A stretch of DNA of 11,490 nt from Candidatus Krumholzibacteriota bacterium (GCA_039714075.1 JBDLKA010000108.1:1-11490); one strand, 5' to 3'; shown: positions 1 to 7,907, counted from the first letter of the stretch. Notes: generated from the sequence alone by a model not told the origin. Numbers and translations: made by a program.

Positions 1-65
1 CGGTAAAGCATCTTCCGGTGGGCCGGAGTGCGATTCAGTTTACGTCCGCTGACATTGTGTCGCAT
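1..65 (-). CDS. rplQ: 50S ribosomal protein L17, N-terminal part (runs off window edge)
   Basis: Hand translation from ATG at 65 gives MRHNVSGRKLNRTPAHRKMLYR, matching the L17 N-terminal MRH...RKLNR...HR motif. It sits in the canonical position after rpoA. Not in the ORF track. Confidence 0.95.
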   Translation of the reverse strand, partial: MRHNVSGRKLNRTPAHRKMLY

Positions 66-152
66 GACTCATTCCATCCTTAGTATTCTACCGGACGCCG
101 GGCATGTCTGGCCGCGCGCCTTGCTGTGCAGCCGGCCAAAGCCGGCGTATGC

Positions 153-1151
153 CTAGGAGGCGACGCCCCCGCGGACCCTGTCGGCGATTTCCTGATCGAA
201 GGCCATGCCGAACGTCAGTTCCATGCCCTCCAGGATTTCCCCGATCTCATTCAGGCTCTTGCGGCCGAAGTTGCGGAATTTAAGCATCTCCTGCTCGTTC
301 TTCGTCACGAGATCGAACAGGGTCTTGATGTTCCCCGACTTCAGGCAGTTCGCCGAACGAACCGAAAGCTCGAGCTCCTCCACGTTGCGGGAAAGCAGCT
401 CGACGATCCGTTCCTGCTCCTCGTTCACTTCGATTTCCTGCGCGTCGATGGGCGCCTCGTCGAAATTGATGAACATCTGGAGCTGGTCCTTGAGGAGCTT
501 GGCCGCGAAGCCGATGGCGTCCTCGGGCCGGACCGCACCGTTGGTGTTGATGCCCAGAACCAGCTTGTCGTAATCCGTCCGCTGGCCCACACGGGTGTCC
601 TCGACGCGGAAGCTGACCTTCCGGACCGGGGAGAAGTTCGTGTCCATGCGGATGATCCCGATCATTTCGTCGGGAATGTTGTGGTTCTCACGATCGACGT
701 AGCCACGGCCCATGTCGGTGTAGATCCGCGCGCTGAACCCTTCCTTTTCGGTCAGGTTGCAGATCACGTGGTCGCCGTTGGCCACCTCGAGATCGGGGTG
801 ACCCTCGATCATGCTGGCGGTCACCTCGCCGGGGCCGGTGACGTCGATGGTGGCCCATCCCGCCGGTGCGTCGGACAGGGTGAACACCACCTGTTTCAGG
901 TTCAGGACGATATCCGTGACGTCCTCCAGGACGCCCGGCACCGTGCTCAGCTCGTGTTTGACACCCTCGATGTGGACTGCGGTGACTCCGTGTCCATGGA
1001 TCGACGACAACAGGGTCCTGCGCAGGGCGTTGCCCAGCGTGTGACCGAAGCCGCGTTCCAGGGGAGCAATTTCCAGCTCGGCATAATTGTCCGACTGGGT
1101 GCTCTTGTTCACCTTCACCCCTTCGGGCATCATCATGTTGACCCACTTCAT
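153..1151 (-). CDS. rpoA: DNA-directed RNA polymerase subunit alpha
   Basis: Motifs PLERGFGHTLGNALRRTLLSS, VGQRTDYDKL and the alpha-CTD motifs LELSVRSANCL and NFGRKSLNEI. Start set at ATG 1151 (MKWVN...), preceded by GGAG-N6. The ORF track start is GTG 1184. Confidence 0.97.
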   Translation of the reverse strand: MKWVNMMMPEGVKVNKSTQSDNYAELEIAPLERGFGHTLGNALRRTLLSSIHGHGVTAVHIEGVKHELSTVPGVLEDVTDIVLNLKQVVFTLSDAPAGWATIDVTGPGEVTASMIEGHPDLEVANGDHVICNLTEKEGFSARIYTDMGRGYVDRENHNIPDEMIGIIRMDTNFSPVRKVSFRVEDTRVGQRTDYDKLVLGINTNGAVRPEDAIGFAAKLLKDQLQMFINFDEAPIDAQEIEVNEEQERIVELLSRNVEELELSVRSANCLKSGNIKTLFDLVTKNEQEMLKFRNFGRKSLNEIGEILEGMELTFGMAFDQEIADRVRGGVAS

Positions 1152-1185
1152 AAACTTCTCCATCCCTTCGTGCGCGGTCGGCACC

Positions 1186-1815
1186 TTACTTCGAGTAGAG
1201 CTCCACGATCAGGTTTTCCTGGATCGGGATGGGCAAGTCACTCAGCTGGGGCTCGGAAAGGAGCCTGCCTTCCAGTTTCTTGTCGTCGGCCTCGATGAAC
1301 GGAAGCCGGTCCCGCTTGGCGTTGTCCTTGAGGGAATCAACGACCTGGGGGATGTTCTGGCTCTTTGTCCTGATGCTGACCGTCTGGCCGACGCGAACCT
1401 GTCGGCTGGGGATGTCGCATACGCCGCCCTGAACAAGGACGTGCTTGTGCCGGATCAACTGCCGGGCCGACGCGCGCGAAGGCGCAAATCCCAGGCGGTA
1501 GATGAGGTTATCGAGACGTTTCTCCAGGAGATTGAAGAGGTTCTCACCCGTCGCGCCCTGCTGCCGGTTGGCTTCGGCGAAATACAGACGGAATTGTTTC
1601 TCCAATACGCCATAGATTGAACGGACCTTCTGCTTCTCACGAAGCTGAAGTTTGTAGTCCGAGGGTTTACGCCCGCGGCGACGGCCATGCTCGCCGGGCC
1701 CGTAGGGCCGACGTTCGATGGCACAAGAGCTGCTGTAGCAGCGCTCGCCTTTGAGAAAGAGCTTCATCCCCTCACGACGGCAAAGTTTGCACTTCGCGTC
1801 AGTGTACCTGGCCAT
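1186..1815 (-). CDS. rpsD: 30S ribosomal protein S4 (zinc-binding Cys-containing type)
   Basis: MARYT...CKLCRREG...LFLKGERC, PGEHG, QLREKQK, RLDN..YRLGFA and LIVELYSK. AGGAGG SD upstream. Confidence 0.98.
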   Translation of the reverse strand: MARYTDAKCKLCRREGMKLFLKGERCYSSSCAIERRPYGPGEHGRRRGRKPSDYKLQLREKQKVRSIYGVLEKQFRLYFAEANRQQGATGENLFNLLEKRLDNLIYRLGFAPSRASARQLIRHKHVLVQGGVCDIPSRQVRVGQTVSIRTKSQNIPQVVDSLKDNAKRDRLPFIEADDKKLEGRLLSEPQLSDLPIPIQENLIVELYSK

Positions 1816-1831
1816 TTCTAACGAACCTCCT

Positions 1832-1861
1832 GAACGACAGCGGCAGCCCGCCGCATCGTTC
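1832..1861 (-). promoter_or_regulatory. Predicted mRNA stem-loop directly before the rpsD SD
   Basis: mRNA GAACGA-T-GCGGC-GGGCT-GCCGC-TG-TCGTTC is followed immediately by AGGAGG. Confidence 0.45.
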
Positions 1862-1872
1862 CTTGGGTGAAA

Positions 1873-2277
1873 CTACAGCCGACGGCGCTTCTTGGGCCGG
1901 CAGCCATTGTGGGGTATGGCGGTGCAGTCCTTGATCCTGGTGACTTCCAGACCCTCGGCCTTGAGGCTGCGCACGGCAGCTTCACGCCCGGACCCGGGAC
2001 CCTTCACCCAGACCTCGACCTTGCGCATGCCGCCGTTCAGCACTTCCTGAGCGCAGAACCGGGCGGCGAGCTGGGCGGCGAAAGCAGTGGACTTTCGGCT
2101 GCCCTTGTAACGGCCCTGGTGTCCACCGGACGACCAGGTGATCACGTTACCCTGCAGGTCGGTCATCGTGATGAGGGTGTTGTTGAAGCTCGATTTGACG
2201 TGGGCCACGCCCACGGAATCCAGCTTCTTCTTCTTGGACTTCTTCGCCTTACCCTTTTTGTCCTTGGCAATCGCCAC
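1873..2277 (-). CDS. rpsK: 30S ribosomal protein S11
   Basis: [30 protein letters not shown] and PHNGCRP. GTG start with AGGAGG SD. Confidence 0.98.
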   Translation of the reverse strand: MAIAKDKKGKAKKSKKKKLDSVGVAHVKSSFNNTLITMTDLQGNVITWSSGGHQGRYKGSRKSTAFAAQLAARFCAQEVLNGGMRKVEVWVKGPGSGREAAVRSLKAEGLEVTRIKDCTAIPHNGCRPKKRRRL

Positions 2278-2302
2278 GTCTAACCTCCTGAACCTTGCGG
2301 TT

Positions 2303-2671
2303 CTACTTCTTCTTGCCGCCTGGACGGGACTTGGGTCCCTTTCGGGTGCGAGCGTTGTTCTTCGTGTTCTGGCCCCGGCAAGGCAACTTGCGCCTGTGCC
2401 TCAGCCCGCGATAACATCCGATGTCCATCAGACGCTGGATGTTCATGGCGTTTTCGGTACGCAAGGTACCCTCAACCTGATATTCCTTGTCGAGGATTCC
2501 GATGATCGAACGGGTCTGCTCTTCAGTCAGATCCTTGGTCGACGTCTCGGGGTCGATGTTCGCCTTGGTACAGATCTCGTAGGCCCGGTGATCACCGATG
2601 CCGAAGATGTACGTCAGCGAGGTCCCAATCCTCTTGTTGTTCGGAATATCCACACCGGCAATGCGCGCCAC
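2303..2671 (-). CDS. rpsM: 30S ribosomal protein S13
   Basis: [42 protein letters not shown] start with AAAGGAG SD. Confidence 0.98.
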   Translation of the reverse strand: MARIAGVDIPNNKRIGTSLTYIFGIGDHRAYEICTKANIDPETSTKDLTEEQTRSIIGILDKEYQVEGTLRTENAMNIQRLMDIGCYRGLRHRRKLPCRGQNTKNNARTRKGPKSRPGGKKK

Positions 2672-2694
2672 TATGGCTCCTTTCGTCCTGTCAT

Positions 2695-2737
2695 GATTTC
2701 TCCCGGAGCGCCGTTCGCCGGCACGCGCGGGGAAATC
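2695..2737 (-). promoter_or_regulatory. Predicted long mRNA stem-loop upstream of the rpsM ribosome-binding site
   Basis: mRNA GATTTC-CCCG...GTGCCG-GCGAA-CGGCGC...CGGG-A-GAAATC pairs by eye. Function is not established. Confidence 0.5.
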
Positions 2738-2760
2738 CCATTAATGGCCAACCGGCCGGC

Positions 2761-2874
2761 TCAACCCTGGCGCTGGTTGTGGCGCCGCGTGACACAGATC
2801 ACGCGCACGACACCTTTGCGCCGGATGACTTTGCATTTCGGGCAGATCTTCTTGACCGAGCTGCGGACTTTCAT
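2761..2874 (-). CDS. rpmJ: 50S ribosomal protein L36 (zinc-binding type), 37 aa
   Basis: Hand translation gives [37 protein letters not shown]. It has an AGGAGG SD and the canonical position between infA and rpsM. Too short for the ORF track. Confidence 0.97.
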   Translation of the reverse strand: MKVRSSVKKICPKCKVIRRKGVVRVICVTRRHNQRQG

Positions 2875-2935
2875 TTCGTTGCCTCCTGCCGGATCCCGGG
2901 GATCCGGAACAATCCATCTGGAACGGCCGGACCTA

Positions 2936-3154
2936 CTACTTGTAGCGGTAGGTGATGCGGCCTCGCGTCAAATCGTACGGGGACAGTTCGACGGTCACCT
3001 TGTCCCCCGGCAAAATGCGGATGAAATGCATGCGCATCTTGCCTGAAACGTGCGCCAGCACGACGTGCTTGTTTTCCAACTCGACCCGGAACATTGCGTT
3101 GGGCAGGGCCTCGACGACCGTACCTTCTACGCTGATTCCTTCTTCTTTCGCCAT
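2936..3154 (-). CDS. infA: Translation initiation factor IF-1
   Basis: 72 aa with [35 protein letters not shown] and [13 protein letters not shown]. Confidence 0.98.
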   Translation of the reverse strand: MAKEEGISVEGTVVEALPNAMFRVELENKHVVLAHVSGKMRMHFIRILPGDKVTVELSPYDLTRGRITYRYK

Positions 3155-3166
3155 CTGCTCAGCCTC

Positions 3167-3955
3167 TCAGAATGCCGCTGTTCCCGACCCGCGCCGGGTC
3201 AGGATGCTGGGGCCGTCCGCGGTCACGGCCACCGTGTGTTCGAAATGGGCCGACAGTCTGCGGTCGGCCGTCCGGATCGTCCATTCGTCCCGGTCGGTGA
3301 CGACACGCTTGGTGCCGCAATTGATCATCGGTTCGATCGCGATCACCAAACCCTCTTCCATCACTGGATCGGGCATGGTGAAACACCGGAAATTAGGCAC
3401 CTGCGGATCCTCGTGCAGATCCCGGCCGATGCCGTGCCCCACCAGGGATTCCACCACGGAAAATCCGTTGTCCCTGGCGTGCTTTTCGATGGCCGACCCG
3501 ATGACGGAAATCCGCTTGCCGGGTTCGATGGCCTCGATTCCGAGTTCCAGACACTCCTGGGTCACCCTCAGGAGCTTGGCGGCCTCTTCGCCGACGGCGC
3601 CCACCGCGATGGACTCCGCGCTGTCCGCATGCCACCGGTCCTTGATCAGTCCGATGTCGATGCCGACGATGTCGCCTTCGACCAGCTTCCGGTCCGAGGG
3701 GATGCCGTGCACCACTTCCTCGTTGACCGAGATACAGGCGGACGCAGGGAACCCGTGATACCCCTTGAAAGAAGGGATACAGCCGGCTTCCCTGATCATG
3801 GCTTCGATGGCGTCATCCAGGGCTTTGGTGGTCACTCCGGGGACCACGAGCTTCCGGATTTCCAGGAAGACAGAAGCCAAAATCTCGGCGCTGGCCTGCA
3901 TTTTGTCAACCTGATCGGCTGACTTCAAATTTATATTCTGCTTGCTCCAGGACAC
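3167..3955 (-). CDS. map: Type I methionine aminopeptidase
   Basis: CISVNEEVVHGIP, DIG...DSA, GHGIG..LHE.P, IEPM and SAHFEHT metal-site motifs. The start is uncertain (GTG 3955 used). Confidence 0.96.
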   Translation of the reverse strand: MSWSKQNINLKSADQVDKMQASAEILASVFLEIRKLVVPGVTTKALDDAIEAMIREAGCIPSFKGYHGFPASACISVNEEVVHGIPSDRKLVEGDIVGIDIGLIKDRWHADSAESIAVGAVGEEAAKLLRVTQECLELGIEAIEPGKRISVIGSAIEKHARDNGFSVVESLVGHGIGRDLHEDPQVPNFRCFTMPDPVMEEGLVIAIEPMINCGTKRVVTDRDEWTIRTADRRLSAHFEHTVAVTADGPSILTRRGSGTAAF

Positions 3956-3990
3956 CTATGACCCCGGGCAACCTGTAAGGCGAACGCTTT

Positions 3991-4659
3991 TCAATTCAAC
4001 ACGTCCGAAATTCTCCGCGCAACTTCCTCCGGAGACCCCATGCCGTCGATTTCATGCAGAGGATACCTCTCCTCCAGCAGCCAGGCGGCGGGCAGGGTCT
4101 TCTTCCGGAAAACCTCCAGGCGGTGCCTGATGGTCTCTTCGGTATCGTCGGCCCGCTGGTACAGCGCGGGTTTCCCCCGTTTGGGATCCTCCTTCTCGCC
4201 GCAGAAGGGGCAGAACGTGGGCACGGTCGAGCCGAAGCCGACCAGGTTCATCACTTCGTTGCAGGACCGGCAGGTGATCCGCCCGTTCAGACGCCTGAGG
4301 ATCTCATCGGCCGGGGCGCGGACCACGAGCACCGCGTCGATGGACTGCCCGATCTCATCCAGCATGGTGATGAAAGCGGCCGCCTGCACCGAAGTGCGGG
4401 GAAAACCGTCCAACAGCCAGCCGTTTTCGAGGTCATCCTGGGACAACCTCTCCCTGATGACTTCCATCATCAGGTCGTCGGACACCAGGTCGCCGGCGTT
4501 CATGACCTCCTGCACCTTCAACCCCAGTTCGCTCCCGCTGCGGATGGCCATCCGCAGGATGTCACCGGTGGAAATGTGCACCACGCCCTTGGTATCAACG
4601 ATGCCGTGCGACTGCGTTCCCTTGCCGACGCCCGGAGGGCCCATGATGACGATATTCAC
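3991..4659 (-). CDS. adk: Adenylate kinase with zinc-binding LID
   Basis: P-loop GPPGVGKGTQ, HISTGDILR, LLDGFPRT, CX2C-X16-CX2C lid and QRADD. GTG start with a GGAGG SD at the end of secY. Confidence 0.97.
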   Translation of the reverse strand: MNIVIMGPPGVGKGTQSHGIVDTKGVVHISTGDILRMAIRSGSELGLKVQEVMNAGDLVSDDLMMEVIRERLSQDDLENGWLLDGFPRTSVQAAAFITMLDEIGQSIDAVLVVRAPADEILRRLNGRITCRSCNEVMNLVGFGSTVPTFCPFCGEKEDPKRGKPALYQRADDTEETIRHRLEVFRKKTLPAAWLLEERYPLHEIDGMGSPEEVARRISDVLN

Positions 4660-4662
4660 CGG

Positions 4663-5967
4663 CTACCTCCGCGCCCGCAGTCGGCCCTTGGTCATGAAGC
4701 CGTCGTAATGACGCATCACCAGATGGGACTCGATCTGTTGCAACGTGTCCAGGGCCACACCCACGACGATCAGCAGGCCGGTGCCGCCGAAGTAGAACGG
4801 CACCCTGAGCAGCGAGATCATCAGATCCGGCAGGATCGCGATGAGGGCCAGGAACACGGCGCCCGGCAGGGTAACCCTGGTCAGGACACGGTCGATATAT
4901 TCGGCGGTCTTCTTGCCCGGGCGCACGCCGGGGATGAAGCCGCTGTTCTTCTTCATGTTGTCCGCCAGGTCCACCGGGTTCAGGATCACCGCGGTGTAGA
5001 AGTAGGCGAACAGGATGATCAGGGCCGAGTACACCAGCACGTAGACCGGGTGGGGCGGCCGGAACAGCGAGCTCAAGGTCGAGAAGAACGCGATGTCCGG
5101 GAAGATGGTGCCCAAAGTGCCCGGGAACATGATGATGGACTGGGCGAAGATGATGGGAATCACGCCGGCGGTGTTGACCTTCAGCGGGATATGGGTGTTG
5201 GCCCCGCCGTAGACCCGGCGCCCCACGATCTTCTTGGCGTACTGAACCGGAATCTTCCGCTGCCCCTGCGTAATGGCGATGATCCCGCCGATCACGAACA
5301 GCATGAAGGCGGCGATCAGGATCGCCTTGATGATGTGCATGTCGCCGCTGGCCAGCTGCTGGCCGGTGTTCAGGATGTCCGTCGGGTAGCGGGCCACGAT
5401 GCCGATGAAGATGACCAGCGAGATCCCGTTCCCGATCCCCCGTTCGGTGATCTGCTCACCCAGCCACATGACGAAGATCGTACCGGCGGTCAGGGTAATG
5501 CAGGTCAGGAGCTTGAAACCCATCCCCGGATTGGTGACGATGCCGCCGGACATCTGCTCCAGGCCCGCGGCCATGCCGAAGGACTGGATCAACGCCAGGA
5601 ACACCGTACCGAAACGGGTGTACTGGGTGATCTTCTTGCGCCCCTCTTCGCCTTCCTTGGCCAGCTTCTCGAAATACGGCACCACGGCCTGGAGAAGCTG
5701 GAAAATGATCGAGGCGCTGATGTAGGGCATGATGCCCAGGGCGAAAATGGTGGCGTTGCTCAGGTTCCCGCCGGAGAACATGTCGTACAGGCCCATCAAC
5801 GAACCGGACTGGGCGTCGAAAAACGCCTTCAGGGCGGTCCGGTTGATGCCCGGGGTGGGAATATGACCACCCAGTCGGTAGACCAACAGGATCATGGCGG
5901 TGAACAGGATCCGTCGCTTGAGTTCCGGAATGCGGAACATGCTTTGGTAACTGCCGGTAATATTCAA
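4663..5967 (-). CDS. secY: Preprotein translocase subunit SecY
   Basis: IFALGIMPYISASII.QLL, WLGEQITERGIGNGISL.IF, AGVIPIIFA, FIPGVRPG and FGGTGLLIVVGV, with multiple hydrophobic segments. TTG start at 5967 with AAGGA upstream. The alternative start is ATG 5940. Confidence 0.98.
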   Translation of the reverse strand: MNITGSYQSMFRIPELKRRILFTAMILLVYRLGGHIPTPGINRTALKAFFDAQSGSLMGLYDMFSGGNLSNATIFALGIMPYISASIIFQLLQAVVPYFEKLAKEGEEGRKKITQYTRFGTVFLALIQSFGMAAGLEQMSGGIVTNPGMGFKLLTCITLTAGTIFVMWLGEQITERGIGNGISLVIFIGIVARYPTDILNTGQQLASGDMHIIKAILIAAFMLFVIGGIIAITQGQRKIPVQYAKKIVGRRVYGGANTHIPLKVNTAGVIPIIFAQSIIMFPGTLGTIFPDIAFFSTLSSLFRPPHPVYVLVYSALIILFAYFYTAVILNPVDLADNMKKNSGFIPGVRPGKKTAEYIDRVLTRVTLPGAVFLALIAILPDLMISLLRVPFYFGGTGLLIVVGVALDTLQQIESHLVMRHYDGFMTKGRLRARR

Positions 5968-6017
5968 AGCAGAGCTTCCTTTGCCTTATTCCTAGCCCAC
6001 AAGTTGCCCATGTCAGG

Positions 6018-6467
6018 TTAACCCGACACGGTGACGGAACCGCCGGCGGCTTCCACCGCCGCGACAGCCGTCTTGCTGGCCTTGGCGACCTCGATCTTGA
6101 ACGATTTCTCCACCTTGCCCCGACCCAACAGCTTGATGGGGCGATCGGCATACTTGACCAGGCCGGCTTCAGCCAGGGCCTCGCCGTTGATCTCGGCTCC
6201 CGCCTCGAACTTGGCGTCCAGGGCTTCCAGGTTCACCAACTGGAAATGCTTCTTGAAGATGTTGGTGAATCCGCGCTTGGGCAGGCGCCGGTTCAGGGGC
6301 ATCTGGCCACCCTCGAACCAGGGCGGGATACCACCGCCGGAACGGGCCTTCTGACCCTTGTGTCCCCGGCCACCGGTCTTGCCGGTGCCCGATCCCGGAC
6401 CGCGGCCGCGCCGTTTCTTGTCGCGGTTGGCGCCCTTGGGCGCACCGATGTTGTTCAACTTGAGCAT
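6018..6467 (-). CDS. rplO: 50S ribosomal protein L15
   Basis: RGRGPGSGTGKTGGRGHKGQKARSG and FEGGQMPL.RRLPKRGF. Confidence 0.98.
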   Translation of the reverse strand: MLKLNNIGAPKGANRDKKRRGRGPGSGTGKTGGRGHKGQKARSGGGIPPWFEGGQMPLNRRLPKRGFTNIFKKHFQLVNLEALDAKFEAGAEINGEALAEAGLVKYADRPIKLLGRGKVEKSFKIEVAKASKTAVAAVEAAGGSVTVSG

Positions 6468-6469
6468 GA

Positions 6470-6658
6470 CTACTTCACCTCTTCCACGTTCACGAGATGG
6501 CGTACCTTGAACACCATGCCGCGGATCGCGGGGGTATCGTTATGGACCACGGAGGTCTGGTGCCTTTTGAGCCCCAGTGACTCGATGATGCGGCGGTGCT
6601 TCTGCGGCCTGCCGATCAGGCTGCGCACCTGCGTGATTTTCAGCTTGGCGTCACTCAT
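6470..6658 (-). CDS. rpmD: 50S ribosomal protein L30
   Basis: [14 protein letters not shown] and TPAIRGM..KV.HLV. Overlaps the rpsE stop (ATGAGTGA). Confidence 0.97.
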   Translation of the reverse strand: MSDAKLKITQVRSLIGRPQKHRRIIESLGLKRHQTSVVHNDTPAIRGMVFKVRHLVNVEEVK

Positions 6659-7460
6659 TGTCCTGTGACTCCTTGTTCTCGGCTTCCGGCTCGACCACCG
6701 GTTCGGCGACCGGAGCGGCGACCTCGGCCTCCGCCGTTTCCTCGGCGGGAGCGGGTTTGGCCGCGCCCTTCTCCAGCCCCAGAACCTCGGGCACGGTCAG
6801 GCCGCGCTTGGCGGCGAACTGCTCGACGGTCCGCAGCTGCTTCAGCCCGTCCATGGTGGCCTTGACCACGTTGTTGGGATTCCGGGAGCCGAGCTGCTTG
6901 GTCAGGATGTTCTTCACGCCCGCGGCCTCGAGGATGGCGCGCACGCCGCCGGCGGCGATGACGCCGGTACCGGGAGATGCCGGCTTCAGCAGAACCCTGC
7001 TGGCGCCGAAGCGGCCGATCACCTTGTACGGGATGGTGTCCTTGAGCATCGGCACCGTGATCTGGGCCGTCCGGGCCGCCTCGCTGCCCTTGCGGATCGC
7101 GTCGGCGATTTCGTTGGCCTTGCCCATGGCGACGCCGACCTTGCCCTTGCCGTCACCGACGGTGACGATGGCACTGAAGCTGAAGCGGCGCCCACCCTTG
7201 ACCACCTTGGCCACGCGGTTGATGTTGATCACGTTCTCGTGCATGTCCGAGCCCTGGTCCGGGCCCCCGCGTCCACGTCCGCCCGGACCGCCAGGTCCGC
7301 GCCCACGCCCACCGGGTCCGCCGGGTCCGCGTCCGCCAGGTCCACCGGGTCCGCGTCCACCAGGTCCGCCGGGTCCCCGTCCACCAGGTCCGCCGGGTCC
7401 CCGTCCGCGTCCCCCGGGTCCTCCGGGTCCGCCAGGTCTTTGATTTGCAAATTCCGCCAT
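6651..7460 (-). CDS. rpsE: 30S ribosomal protein S5 with N-terminal Gly/Pro/Arg repeat and acidic C-terminal extension
   Basis: Core motifs [38 protein letters not shown] and GS.NP.NVVKAT. ATG 7460 is preceded by a strong ACAGGAG SD. Confidence 0.97.
   Translation of the reverse strand: MAEFANQRPGGPGGPGGRGRGPGGPGGRGPGGPGGRGPGGPGGRGPGGPGGRGRGPGGPGGRGRGGPDQGSDMHENVININRVAKVVKGGRRFSFSAIVTVGDGKGKVGVAMGKANEIADAIRKGSEAARTAQITVPMLKDTIPYKVIGRFGASRVLLKPASPGTGVIAAGGVRAILEAAGVKNILTKQLGSRNPNNVVKATMDGLKQLRTVEQFAAKRGLTVPEVLGLEKGAAKPAPAEETAEAEVAAPVAEPVVEPEAENKESQDNE
7260..7439 (-). repeat. Coding tandem repeat: ~24-nt unit encoding GPGGPGGR (6 copies, some separated by extra GR)
   Basis: rpsE codons 8-67. 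Positions 7357-7380 and 7381-7404 are an exact 24-nt tandem duplication (ccaccaggtccgccgggtccccgt). The other copies differ at synonymous positions. Confidence 0.95.
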
Positions 7461-7502
7461 CTGAATTGCTCCTGTCTCGCTTGCCGGCTGAGCCGGTAAG
7501 GT

Positions 7503-7877
7503 CTAGACTTCGATTCCGCCGTCCCTGAGCCCGCGGGCCAGGGCGGCAACGCGCCCGTGATAGAGGTAGCCGTTACGGTCGAAGACCATGGCGGCGATTC
7601 CTTTTTCCTTGGCCAGATCAGCCACGGCCCGACCCACGCTGTAGGCGATCGCGCACTTGCCGGTGACGCCTTCGGGGGCCTCCACCGCCGCGGCACGCCT
7701 GCTGTCGCTGGAAAGCATGGTGTTGCCGCCCTCATCGTCGATGACCTGGGCGTAGATGTATTTGTGGCTGCGGGTTACCGAAACCCGGGGCCGCTCGGGG
7801 GTGCCCGCCAGCTTCTTGCGGATGCTGACCTTCCGCCTCAACCTGACCTGGCGCCGTTTCTTGTTGATATCACTCAT
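7503..7877 (-). CDS. rplR: 50S ribosomal protein L18
   Basis: GTPERPRVSV.RS.KYIYAQVIDD and VFDRNGYLYHGRVAALA.G.R.GG. Confidence 0.98.
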   Translation of the reverse strand: MSDINKKRRQVRLRRKVSIRKKLAGTPERPRVSVTRSHKYIYAQVIDDEGGNTMLSSDSRRAAAVEAPEGVTGKCAIAYSVGRAVADLAKEKGIAAMVFDRNGYLYHGRVAALARGLRDGGIEV

Positions 7878-7907
7878 TTTGCTTCACCTCTCGACCAGAC
7901 GGTCAAC

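Noticed and set aside
66..152. Intrinsic terminator between rpoA and rplQ
   Set aside because: A GCCGGC-TTTG-GCCGGC hairpin is present, but no U-tract follows on the coding strand, and rpoA and rplQ are normally co-transcribed.
5968..6017. Possible internal sigma70 promoter before secY (CTGACA-N16-TAGGAA on the minus strand)
   Set aside because: The -10 match is poor and it would leave a very short leader. It cannot be supported without TSS data.
4054..6021. 655-aa plus-strand ORF antisense to secY/adk, and similar long plus-strand ORFs (126-1298, 2138-3046, 3050-3922, 7557-8474 and others)
   Set aside because: They overlap unambiguous conserved genes on the opposite strand and show no recognisable motifs. 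Stop-poor antisense frames are expected from GC-rich codon bias.
7260..7439. Possible CRISPR array or mobile-element repeat
   Set aside because: The units are directly adjacent with no unique spacers, stay in frame within rpsE, and have no cas or transposase genes nearby.
6658..7443. Plus-strand ORF ending in collagen-like PPGPPGPR repeats
   Set aside because: It is the antisense reading of the rpsE Gly/Pro/Arg repeat, and the 8-residue period breaks the Gly-X-Y register.
7229..7735. Alternative-frame minus-strand ORF with DPADLV-type repeats spanning rplR and rpsE
   Set aside because: It is an out-of-frame reading of the same 24-nt repeat. I found no slippery site or independent ribosome-binding site to support frameshifting or dual coding.
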